Shown here in pieces: positions 41,191 to 52,100 of a stretch of DNA of 64,000 nt (positions within the stretch are counted from its first letter, which is position 1; each line of letters opens with the position of its first letter). The translations under genes and the position numbers were made by a program. The stretch covers positions 372,001 through 436,000 of the forward strand of contig JAUFOR010000006.1 of NCBI GenBank assembly GCA_040285745.1, given 5' to 3'. The DNA comes from Barthelona sp. PCE (Eukaryota). The notes under the pieces were generated by a model. It had not been told where the DNA came from and did not search any database. It worked only from the letters and a program-made list of their open reading frames with translations.

Positions 41191-43539
41191 ATGAACGATT
41201 TCAGTTTCACAGATGACTTCGAAAAGCGTACTACACGAACGCGAGTATGAGAATTTTTTTGAGATGTCAATATTTATATTTAGAGTGCTGCAGAGTTACA
41301 AAAATATTCGTTTCCTGAGAATGTTGCTGAAATCACAAGATTTATGAGATATGTAGAAAGTAGAGATCCAGTACGATTGAGTTTTGTCTTTCAAAGGCTT
41401 CCACATGTTGCCCCATTGTTCATTGAGGGGGACCTGGAGCGTTTAGCTGTGAGTTTCATGGGAAAATTCATCTCTTTGAACAAAGCGATGAAAGGGCTTT
41501 GTCTTGATTGTTTAAGCATTTTGTTGGATAAAACGTTGTTAAACTGCACATTTATTCGAAACGAAGTCTTTCCTTTTTTCTTAAAAGCCGTATTATCCAC
41601 ATCTAGAGACATTAATGATAATTTCTCAAGATTATTTGATTCGATAGTGCCTTTCCTAAGTGTTAACGTTATACCGATCCTACAAAAGCTTCTCTATAGT
41701 TGCACAGATATTCTTAAACCTTCTGGTTATCGACTTTTTGTTCTTCAAATTTACCCTGCAGTTATTATTAATAGACTGTTTAGTAATGACAGTTTCGACC
41801 AGATAGTAACGATACTAGAGTCCTTTTCGACCCACAACGACTACGAGTACCGGAAGGCAGCATACAGGGCGCTCAAGAGTTTTGTCTCACATTGTGACGA
41901 GACAGATGGGCAAGCGCTGCTTGATCGTTTGATGGTTCTTCTATGTGCTGGATGTGAGGACGAGGACCATGAGGTGCAGACGACTGCGTTTTCGACGTTG
42001 ATGGCATTCGTTCCAATACTCAGAAAACAGTTTAGTGGTAAGATTTTCACAGTATTCTCTTCCTTTGCAAACATGCAACCGGTCTCTATGAAGGATGATA
42101 TCCTTGATGACTTGTTCTTAGACCAAAACTTCAATATTCGATCAGCAGAAACGGTACGGAAACAAGCCCTATCATTGAAGAACCTACCTTTATTGTGGAA
42201 ATACCACTTTCACACATTAAGCGATGCAGATAAAACAACTATTATAGAGTTTGTGCTCACACAAGCTTCACTTAAACCAATACAAAAGGAAATTGTTACG
42301 GCGACACTTGAGTTGTTACCATTCTTTTTTAGAGTTTTTACTCATTCTTTTGTTAAGAAACCATCGCTGGACCATCGGTTTAATCGGTTTGTCGGTGTTT
42401 TGAAAGAGATTATTAGGTTAGCTGAAACCATAGATCTTGATACGTTGCAGCTCTGTAATAGTGTATTTTCATGCATATGTCAGAACACCAAGCATGTGAG
42501 CGTTGTTGTTGAACACCTGTTGCCATTATACGATGATTTGATGAGATCTTTGCCCCGTGATTTGTGTTATGTTTTTCTTCCGTCACTTTCGGTCTGTTTA
42601 CGGGCGTCAGTTCATCCAAAGAGTGGTTATTTTGCTGAGAACATCATTGTTATGATTGTTGAATTGCTGCAACATATTTTCGGAACGTTGGTTTTTCACC
42701 GAGAGCATTCTGTTTTCCTCATTGAGGTTTCATCAGTGCTCCTCCTGTTCCCCCCAGATGTAATATACTCGGTGCTTCTCCCAAAAATATTACTGAGATA
42801 CCTCGACCACGATCTTCTTCTTTCTCATGTCATGTATAAGAACATTGCGGTTTTGATGCGCAAGGTGTTTGAGCTGTCACCATCACTACAGCACCGTGTA
42901 GACTTTGCTTCGTTTCTGCTTGGCAGATTGTGCTACAATAATGATATGCGATACTCGCAGGAACTTCTTTGGTTGAACATTTGTGATGAGCTGTTAATGA
43001 ATTTGACTTCGGTGTTTAAGGTTCATTTCAAGGATGGTCTAATTGCGTTCATGATACGTAGGAAAGATGCAGTTGGCCTGTTGTGCTTTTTTGTCCAGAA
43101 TATCGCTTTTGAGTGTGGTGTACTGCTGTTGGATATTTCTTCTCCCCTTATTAAGGACTTTAATATAGTCTTAAGCAGCGCACCACCTGCTGTTGCTGAA
43201 GAAGCCAGTCATTTGATCAGGTTTTTTGCTGGCGACGTTGTTGATCATAAGCTCAATGCCTTGAAAGAAAGTTTCTTGCATTCCCTTGAACATGTGCCAC
43301 CCACCTTCCACAGCAATTCATTGTCGTCATCATCATCGCAATCAAAGATGAAGATGAGGTTCACAGGTGCAAAAGGTACCGTACGAAAGAAACCAATAGA
43401 GCAACAAGCTATGAGAAGAAACGGATCGAAGCCAAAACTCAAGAGATCACAAAGTATCAGTCACGGTAATCTAGCGCGGCGGGCTATGGGAAGTGATCGA
43501 AAGCGAAAGCTTAAGAAACAAGGTTCGAAATTATTTTAA
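41191..43539 (+). CDS. HEAT/ARM-repeat protein with basic tail (exons 41191-41244, 41284-43539)
   Basis: HEAT signatures DYEYRKAA and DEDHEVQTTA. An upstream exon from ATG 41191 splices in frame across a 39-nt intron containing an in-frame TGA. Confidence 0.75.
41245..41283 (+). other. Spliceosomal intron, 39 nt
   Basis: GTATGA...TTTATATTTAG, same ends as the 38380 intron. Confidence 0.75.
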
Positions 43540-43604
43540 TATTGTGTATTGGATTGTTTATTTGTTTAATGGATAAAACATGTGCGAAAACGATGCTGGT
43601 ATGC

Positions 43605-43997
43605 TTATGTGTAAACACAGAGGTCATTATATAGTTCTGCGAAGCGTGTCAATCCACCCTGCAGATAGTACACTTTTAATTCGGATCTATTGAGACTGTG
43701 TAATGAGTCAGACAGTAATTTCTGACACTTTGGGGACCTTAGCTGCCCTGCTGCACAATAAAAGACGATTTGTTCAACAGATGAAGGAATTGTTTGTAGG
43801 AAGGATTCTGGGTGCATGTTTCGTTGAGGTATGTGCCTAGCCCTGTTTGTAATCTGGAATAAGTCAAAATCTACGTCCCTAACGTCCACAATAACGGTTT
43901 TTTCGTGAAAGTCTTCATTTCTTATTGCTGCTGCCAGAGTTTCAGGTTTCATATGGTGGTTGATTTGATCCATATCTGTGCCCCTTGGATAAACCAT
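43605..43997 (-). CDS. Cdc25-like rhodanese phosphatase / arsenate reductase (Acr2/Ych1-like)
   Basis: VIVDVRDVDF, IVFYCAAGQLRSP (CX5R), VYYLQGGL. First in-frame ATG 43997. Confidence 0.82.
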   Translation of the reverse strand: MVYPRGTDMDQINHHMKPETLAAAIRNEDFHEKTVIVDVRDVDFDLFQITNRARHIPQRNMHPESFLQTIPSSVEQIVFYCAAGQLRSPKCQKLLSDSLHSLNRSELKVYYLQGGLTRFAELYNDLCVYT

Positions 43998-44204
43998 CTC
44001 ACTATCTTGAATCTTTGGTTGAGTTATAAGAGAAGAGAGAAGATTTGGTATGCATACATGAGCTCTCAATTGAAACGTTCACACGTTCCTCAGATAAGAT
44101 TAGCACCCGGTTCCTTTTCAAAATGCAGCAGCGAGAGAACAGAATTTCAGATTTTCTATTCTTGATTTTGTTCTTTACACCTTCTTTATACCTTTTTTAC
44201 ATTA

Positions 44205-45119
44205 ATGTCAGGGATTTACAACGTTGAAGTATCATCAGGATGGTCAACCAAATACAAGCCAAGTCTTTGTATTCTGGATAACTTTGCTTTTGTCGTTTTC
44301 GAGGACAAGCAAACACCTAATGATGAGCCAGATAAGATCATTGCCCTTTCACAAGCGAATATCATTGAGGAAGGCACCGAATTGCGAATTGTTAGCAAAA
44401 AGGGAAAAGAGTTGCTTAACATCAGTATTCCAGACTTTAATCAGCGTCAAACCCTTTACAATACTCTGAAATCTGCTTCACAGGGTAGGATGATGGGGGG
44501 TCAGCAGCCTGGAATGGCTCCTCCTATGGGTCAGCCAATGATGGGTCAACCAATGATGGGCCAGCCTCCTATGCAACCTCAACCTAATTTCGGAGCCCCC
44601 CAACCACAACCTAACTTTGGAGCCCCTCAACCTAACTTTGGAGCTCCTCAACCTAACTTCGGAGCCCCTCAACCTAACTTCGGAGCCCCTCAACCTAACT
44701 TCGGAGCCCCTCAACCTAACTTTGGAGCTCCTCAACCTCAACCTAACTTCGGAGCTCCCCAACAGAACTTCGGAGCTCTTCAACAGAACTTCGGAGCCCC
44801 TCAGGCCCCTCAACAGAACTTTAACCAACCTTTGTTTAACAATTTGACTCAACCCAAGGCACCATCTTACGGACAACCTCAAGCACCATCTTACGGACAA
44901 CCTCAAGCACCATCTTACGGACAACCTCAAGCACAAAATTTTGGTCAAGGCAATGCACCTGTTTATGGAGCTCCTACAACTCAACCCAGCCAAGGTTCTT
45001 ATGTGCCAAGTGTTAATAACCAGGCTCCCATGTACGGGAATCAAGCACCTGTTTATGGTGCTAACCAAAACCAGGGGTATGGTCAAAATAACGGAGCTCC
45101 ATTTATCCCCCACATGTAG
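44205..45119 (+). CDS. PH-domain protein with Q/P/N/G-rich prion-like tail
   Basis: N-terminal ~90 aa fit PH topology (WSTKY...CIL...FED...PDKIIALSQA.I...C-terminal helix); tail of QPNFGAP and APSYGQPQ repeats. Confidence 0.75.
   Translation: MSGIYNVEVSSGWSTKYKPSLCILDNFAFVVFEDKQTPNDEPDKIIALSQANIIEEGTELRIVSKKGKELLNISIPDFNQRQTLYNTLKSASQGRMMGGQQPGMAPPMGQPMMGQPMMGQPPMQPQPNFGAPQPQPNFGAPQPNFGAPQPNFGAPQPNFGAPQPNFGAPQPNFGAPQPQPNFGAPQQNFGALQQNFGAPQAPQQNFNQPLFNNLTQPKAPSYGQPQAPSYGQPQAPSYGQPQAQNFGQGNAPVYGAPTTQPSQGSYVPSVNNQAPMYGNQAPVYGANQNQGYGQNNGAPFIPHM
44575..44825 (+). repeat. Coding 21-bp tandem repeat (CAACCTAACTTCGGAGCCCCT; QPNFGAP)
   Basis: About 10 imperfect copies. Confidence 0.9.
44859..44930 (+). 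repeat. Coding 24-bp tandem repeat x3 (GCACCATCTTACGGACAACCTCAA)
   Basis: Three exact copies. Confidence 0.9.
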
Positions 45120-45453
45120 CTCTATGTAAATAGTTTCATAGTATAGTTTTTTAAGTCAAAAACGTTTATCTTTCATATAAAAAGTGGAATTTGGGCAGGT
45201 TTTTCATGAATAGGGGTACATGACTTTTGCACAATATTACCGACCTTGAAAGCACTGTACATCAAGATTAGATAGAACTAGTATTCGTTTACAGCTATGT
45301 GAATGGAAAATAAAGAATTTTTTTTCTCTTATATATTACAGCTATAGCAGTGACAGAACATCGCTTTTCACATCAAGATATACACACTACATCATCTCAA
45401 AAAGTTGGAAACAATAAATACCTTCCTTTTACTTAAATAACCTTCTATATAAA

Positions 45454-45912
45454 ATGGGTCGTCTTCAAGCATGCAAATCCAAGGGTTCCAGCGCTAGCGC
45501 TATCCCTTTCAGCCGCAGAGCCCCCGCTTGGTTCAAAGCTAGCCCCGAGAGCATCATTGATCAGATTGTCGAGCTTGCCAAGAAGGGTTTGACTCCCTCT
45601 CAGATCGGTGTTGTCCTCAGAGATACTGCTGGTGTTGGTCAAGTTTCTAGAGTTACTGGATCCAAGATTCTTCGTATTCTCAAGGCTAGAGGTTACGCTT
45701 CTGAGATTCCCGAGGATCTCTTTGCCCTCATCCGTAAGGCCCTGAACCTCCGTCGTCACTTCAAGTCCAACGGTAAGGATACCAACTGCGGTTTCCAAAT
45801 CGTCCTTGTTGAGAGCCGTATTCACCGTCTCGCACGTTATTACCGTCGTGTCGGAAAGCTCCCCCCCACCTGGAGATACAACTCTAAGGAGTCCTCCACT
45901 CTTATCGCTTAA
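45454..45912 (+). CDS. RPS13: 40S ribosomal protein S13 (uS15)
   Basis: MGRL...KG.S.SA.P, KKGLTPSQIGVVLRD, EIPEDL, VESRIHRLARYY, LPPTWRY. Confidence 0.98.
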   Translation: MGRLQACKSKGSSASAIPFSRRAPAWFKASPESIIDQIVELAKKGLTPSQIGVVLRDTAGVGQVSRVTGSKILRILKARGYASEIPEDLFALIRKALNLRRHFKSNGKDTNCGFQIVLVESRIHRLARYYRRVGKLPPTWRYNSKESSTLIA

Positions 45913-45919
45913 GTAAGAT

Positions 45920-46140
45920 GTTTGCTCGTTTAGAGCTTGGGCAGTGTCTCTGTTTTCCTTTTGAGGATTGCAGTGCATTCGCCGACTAATAAAAGTCCCT
46001 CAGGACTATAAACACGAGATCTTCGAAGTCTCGTGTACATATAGCGCCGCATCCATTTCACGTTTGTGGTTTTTTTTTTTTTTTTCGCTTCATTTGGGTA
46101 CATTCATTTTCACTTTACATTAAAGGGGCTACATTGTTTT
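45920..46140 (+). ncRNA. Candidate structured RNA downstream of RPS13
   Basis: Hairpins 45924-45936, 45940-45983 and 46012-46036, a T16 run, and a long-range AGTCCCT/AGGGGCT complement, all in an unusually wide convergent gap. Confidence 0.4.
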
Positions 46141-46195
46141 GATTATTACTTGGGGCATGGCACTTAACTTAAACAATAAACGTTAATTTTTACAC

Positions 46196-49100
46196 TCAAA
46201 TGAGATTGATGAACTCTTCACCGTCCTGTGCTCTCTGTGGACCACCAGAACAGAAGATACTGTAACTTAAAACAGCAAGTAGAATGACGGAAAGTGAAAT
46301 GATTGAGATAACAATCAGTGACCATCCGCTATCAACAGCAACTAAACCACATGCCTCCAAGCTGAATCTATTAGACTCACAACTGAGAGGGATAGTCTGA
46401 TTAATAACTGTTGGACAATGTGCGATGACATTGCTACAATGGTTAACGCAAATTGGAGTATCTAAAACGTTAACTGAATAACGAGGGAAGGAAAGATCAC
46501 AACTTAACAACTGAAGCGCTTCTAAACAATCCTGACTGACACCCATACAGCTCACGCTGTTAACAAGGTTGGCCTTCCATCCTTCGAATCGAATCATAGC
46601 GTCTTCATTTCTGAGTAACGCATCGTCAGCTGGAATACCTCTATAAGACAAGAAATCTCCCACTAGGTCTGGTACGTCCTTCTCTCCACAGAACTGCGTT
46701 GTGGCATGGGTGACTGAGTTTGACGTCACGCGCAACATTGTGCGATCAGTGACCCCAATAAGTACTGTTGTTGGCTCAGCAATTTCAAAGGTGTATTCGA
46801 AGAAGATGTCGGTCTCTTCCAATTCATACGAGTACTCAACGTTGCCGACAATGATGAACAGCGATATGTCACGCATGGGCTTTACCTCGATACGAACCAG
46901 ACGATTTCCTATAAAGGAGCGAACACTGTTTTCAACAATGATACTCTCCTTAAACGGAATAACTGGAGCCTCCATGAGCTTGAACGATATGAGACACTCC
47001 ATTGAGTCGCTGTATCGTTCATAATCAATGGTACTCTTGATGAATAATGTCAAAAAGTAGTCGCCCTGCACCTTCTTATCATAGTTATAGATGTGAGTCT
47101 TGGGAATATATAAATCTAAAACACCCTTTGTGTCACGCGTGAGTAGGTCTCCAGATTGCATGTAAACTTCCAGACCCTGACATCCAGCGTGATACTCTTC
47201 GGAATTGTTTACGTGGAACAATATATCGGGCTTAATACCGGTCACCTTTAGGCGCATACCGCGGTATTCACCAGATCCTGTTCTTACTGAAACAGTTCCT
47301 TCTGTAGCAATTGGTTCAGACAGTTTGGTGGTGATTGTTGTTGAGATACAGTGCTCACTAAACATTCTTAAGAAGAAATGAGTGACAGAGTCGTCGGCCC
47401 TATCCAAATAGAACGGACTAACGTGGACGTCACTAACACCGAAGCTTAAATCAAGAGATTCAATAGGCTGCCACTCCTCACCAGTCATTGAAACTTCAAA
47501 AGTCAACGAGGCTTCGTGTATGAATGTGGCATCAACACCGTGTCCCTTCTTGAAGGGGATACTGACAATCTGGCTCTGTTCGACTGACGCTACAAACTTG
47601 GGCACATTTGTCTCCAAGTAAACGACAGACGAATCATAGACGTCAATCTGTAATGAGTGATGCTCAGCGTTGTCGAATACTACATACAACCAATCGTACA
47701 TGGAAACAGAAGGGAAGTCGACTGTGCACGCAGTATCATGCTCATTGATGTGACACTGCCAAAAAACATCCTGGGTCTTGTACAATGTCGAGAAATAAGG
47801 ATTTGGTCGAATTTGCACGGTTAACTCTTTTGCCTGAAGTGCATACACAGTAATTTTTAGGAATTTCTGCTTATCTCCCTCAGTTTCTTTCAATGCAGCA
47901 GTCTCTAATGCATAAACTCTCTTTTCTGAACTCTTGCTTTGCAAACACTCAAGTTCAATACGTCTATCTGTGAATCTGTTGACTGTTACGAGTGTAGCAA
48001 TCTTTTTGCGCTCCAACGATACCAATAAGGTTTGCAGACCGTCAAATCCAGATACTACAGTCATATATAACTGCTGCTCAGAACCAACAACTGCATCCTG
48101 GAGCAGCTCGCGGAAGTCAATGATGGCCTTCTCGCCCAAGTCTTCAACACACTTATAAAGTGTGAACGATGATGGGGATGGTACCTTACCATACTCATAT
48201 ACAGGCACACCCTCTGCGGTCACATAGACGCAGAAAGGAACGTTGGCGTCATCAGACGGGACGAATCGATCATCCAGACTAAATTCTGCTACATAAGTGT
48301 TTGCATCTGCTAACATTTTAACGGGAACGCGGAAGTGCAAATTGGTAGCACGTGAGAATGAATAAAAGTCACTGTTACCGATATCCATAGTGATTAGATT
48401 GGTAGGCAGTGAATGGAACTCCATTTCAACGGGAGGAGACATGGAGGAGTCGAATTGGCCACGGATATCGGGCTCAAATCTTACCGTTACAAAGAGTCGT
48501 TCATGGTTTTTGTTAACGTTAGGGGGTAAAACTGCCATGAAACTTGCTTTTCCAACGCTTTTATCGAATCTTTGATTCACAACAACATCAGCCAACTCAT
48601 AATCATAGACCTTCTGACCGAAAGTGGACGAGAAGATGGCCACAGTAAATTCTCCACTGTGTGTTGATTCGCGATGAATCAAGGGGAGTGCGACATCCAC
48701 CTTCACCAGTGCCATTGATTCAGTTGCTGGAATATCCTCATTATTCAGCTCAAAAACATGAATGACGTCACAAACCAGACGCTGTTGTATAGTGACAGGA
48801 TTCTCTCTTGCATCGATCTTCTTTGGTTGAGCATCGTACAAGTGGAAATTAAAATCACATTCGGTTGTGAACAATCCACCAACACGAATATAAAGCAGAG
48901 AAATGAATCCAGTCTCTGAATGAGGTAACTGCAAGTAACTCCACATGTCTTTGTCAGAAGCAACAGAAACAATGTTAGAAAAGTCAGGCTCAGTAGCAAA
49001 TTGTATCTTACACTCTTGCCTTGATTCAACATAAATCTGTGCATACATACCGCTTAAATTCGGTAAGAAATTATACTCACATGATGTACCTTTGCATTTC

Positions 49101-52100
49101 ATCCATTGATCGAATGATATACGTGTTAATATATTAGATCTGACAACAACTTCAATCTTTGCACGACTCTTAGTCGATGATTCAGTGGCTAAAATGATTA
49201 CAAAATCTTGATAAAAAGCACCAAGTTCACCGTTATCAACAAGTTCGAATGCAAAGCTTGCACCCATGTCAGGGTCAGCAACACCTGCCTCTATCGCCTT
49301 CTTCGAATCACTCTTAATCGTGTACAATTGAAGAGAGTCGCAATAAACGTTTAGAACGTTGACAGAAATTGAGTAATGTGTTGAACTGCGGCTGAAGATA
49401 TGACGTGCAACACCGATAACTGAAGGACGGTGGATATCCACATCGATGACTGTTGAATACGAATGATACGCTTGATCGTACACAAAATCCGTGACAGAGT
49501 GGTAGATACCACTGCGGAAAGGTGTAACCTCCATGGTACACTCACCAGAATAATGATCTCCGTTGTTTACGACAATAATTAAGTTACGAATAGACATATC
49601 GCGATTCTTAAAGTCTGCATGAACTTCAACATTTTCTTTAGTGGATGTTGCCAACAGTTTTTTATCCTCATAGACTGAGAAAGGAGTAATACTACTCTTA
49701 ATTTCGGCACCAAAGCCCAAATCACTTGTTAATTTGATAGAGAAAACAGCATAGTTACCCTTTTGAACAGTGACAGTCTGTTTAACACTCTCAGGAGATG
49801 AAAGCTCACCAAAACGATATTCATACTTACGACAATCGACTGATCCTTCACCTTCGACCATTAAATAATAGAGTTTGTATCGATACACCGGGTCGAACGA
49901 TACTCGGCGCTTCTTGTTAGAAACAGACAAAATCCTACGACGATGAGTTGAAACACCACCTTCAAATAGAGTAATTTCACCATCATCAGAAGTGAAAGTA
50001 AAATCACAGTAAAACGCATAACCTGATGTCTGACCTATTTTATCATTTGTCCTAATCTCATAAAATGTATCATCGAAATTAGGCTGAGTAACATCAACTC
50101 CATTGTCTTGAACAATAATTTCAGCAACAGAAGCGGGTGTATCGAGTGTAACTTTAACATTGAATTTCTCATATACGTACTCAATTGGTACAATCGCCCA
50201 GACACTATCCTTGAGGTTAATTGGAAAGTTTTCTTCCGTTAACTCAATCTCGCATTCCTCACCACTCTGGCATACTTCATAACAAATATCTTCATCAATA
50301 TCGTTCATATGCATCAGTGAAGTGTATGGCATCTTTGTATCATGTAACACACATAGATTGTGTTGAACATCCTTGATCCTGATGGTAGCAGTTGCAGCGT
50401 AAATGGGCGCATCAAATCTAATGATTGGTAGATTCTCCCTATCTACCATAACTGTTGATTCTGAACCAGCAGATATGGTACTATGAACGAACGAATGAAC
50501 GGTAGCAGCAAGTTTGAGCTCTACTGTCTTTTGGGTACTCTGTATTGTTGATCCTACAGCGTTGTACTGCACAGATAACACCTGCTGTCCGGAGATGAGA
50601 GGGTGCTCATCATACATAGCAAAGTATGTACCGTGTGACACCAAAGAACCAATGTCATCAACACACGAAGAGGCTGTGTTAGTCGAATAAACAACGTGAG
50701 CTGTCTTTGGATCAGGGAGGTGGAGCAGAACGTATTCAGCTTGCTGTGAGTGAGCTCTGGCAGGTACCTTGAGATAACGAATAGCGCCAGGTGAAACCTT
50801 AATGGTGCCAATATCGGTAATTCCATTATAAAAGCTCGACTTGAGCACAACGCGAGCCGCAGAACCAGGGTTGTTCGGTGTAATACTTAGATAATGTCTG
50901 CCAAAAAGACAACACGTTGCCGATATCGTGGCATGTGCTCCATCTTTCACGGTCAGGGAGTAAGCATGTGAGCATTTCTCGCCCGAGCCGGTAGGGGCAA
51001 CACGCACTGTGGCATCTGTACCTGTGACAGAGACCGACCACGCAAAAAGAGAGAAAACCTCAAATGTACCTGCATGATCGTACAAAAAGACGATATTCTC
51101 AGTGAGCTCCTCATCAAAGGACGAGTCCTTGGTTAACTCACGGAGCGTGGGACGTTCATAATGCATGGTTGAATAGATTGGTTTGAGCTCGATAGCATCG
51201 CTCTTGGGCGTTGGAACTCTGAATGAAATAAACATTTCACCAGCCTTGAGCTCACAGGGAGTGATTTCGAACCGCTTATTCGTCGATGTAAAGACATGAG
51301 TGGAGTCGTAACCTAAACAGCCTATGAAAGGACCAGCGTGAGCGTCGATACGAATGAATAACTCAATTTCACCCTCATACTCAGTCTCAATCTCGAATAC
51401 AATTGTAGATGTACAAACGTTATCCAATTTTGATTCTAACTTACCATAAAAAATCTTTTCGAAATCCGAAATCTCAATTTGTCTACGTTCTTCTTCTTTT
51501 AAGATAACAAATGGAATCTTTAAGAAGCGGACCTCACCAGAAATCTGAGAAGTCGCAAGTGCAAGGCTATTAAGATATAGAGATGCTGAAAGCGGAATGT
51601 TCTCAAAAGGAATGGCACACGGATGAATGTCCAAGTGAATTGACTGTGAATTAGACTTACTTGAATCGAAATTCGGAAGAGTACTGTACTGGAAGTTACT
51701 TGTGCTAGTTGCAATTGGTTTCTCATTATTTCCACTGAGCATAAGATGGAAAGATGGATTCATGGAAATTTCATCAATCTTAACCTCAACACGAATGAAA
51801 TTCAGAGGGGAATGATGTTGAAGAAGGAAATATCTGTAATCACGAAGTGACATTTTGAATTTTTTCCAACTACTCTTTGATATTTTTTCAATATGAGAAC
51901 CTGATTTCTTCGAGTAGATAGTGATATGCATGCTCTGATCCATTTGAACATCATTGAAGTATACAGGTTGGAACAGGGTTAAAAACCATCTCTTCTTATC
52001 GTCCAATACATCAGTTTCACTCAAGAGGAAGTATGAAGTTCTTGTGGGTGTAAGTGATGAAACTCTAGTATCACTATTCTTCACAAAACATTCAACAGAA

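Noticed and set aside
44088-44115. U6-like CAGATAAGATTAGCA
   Set aside because: The ACAGAGA box is broken, and there is no internal stem-loop or 5' hairpin.
44575-44930. CRISPR-like array
   Set aside because: Repeats are contiguous, in frame, coding and have no unique spacers.
45913-45933. GTAAGA...TTTAG mini-intron right after the RPS13 stop
   Set aside because: Only 21 nt and lacks the -8 A motif of the verified introns.
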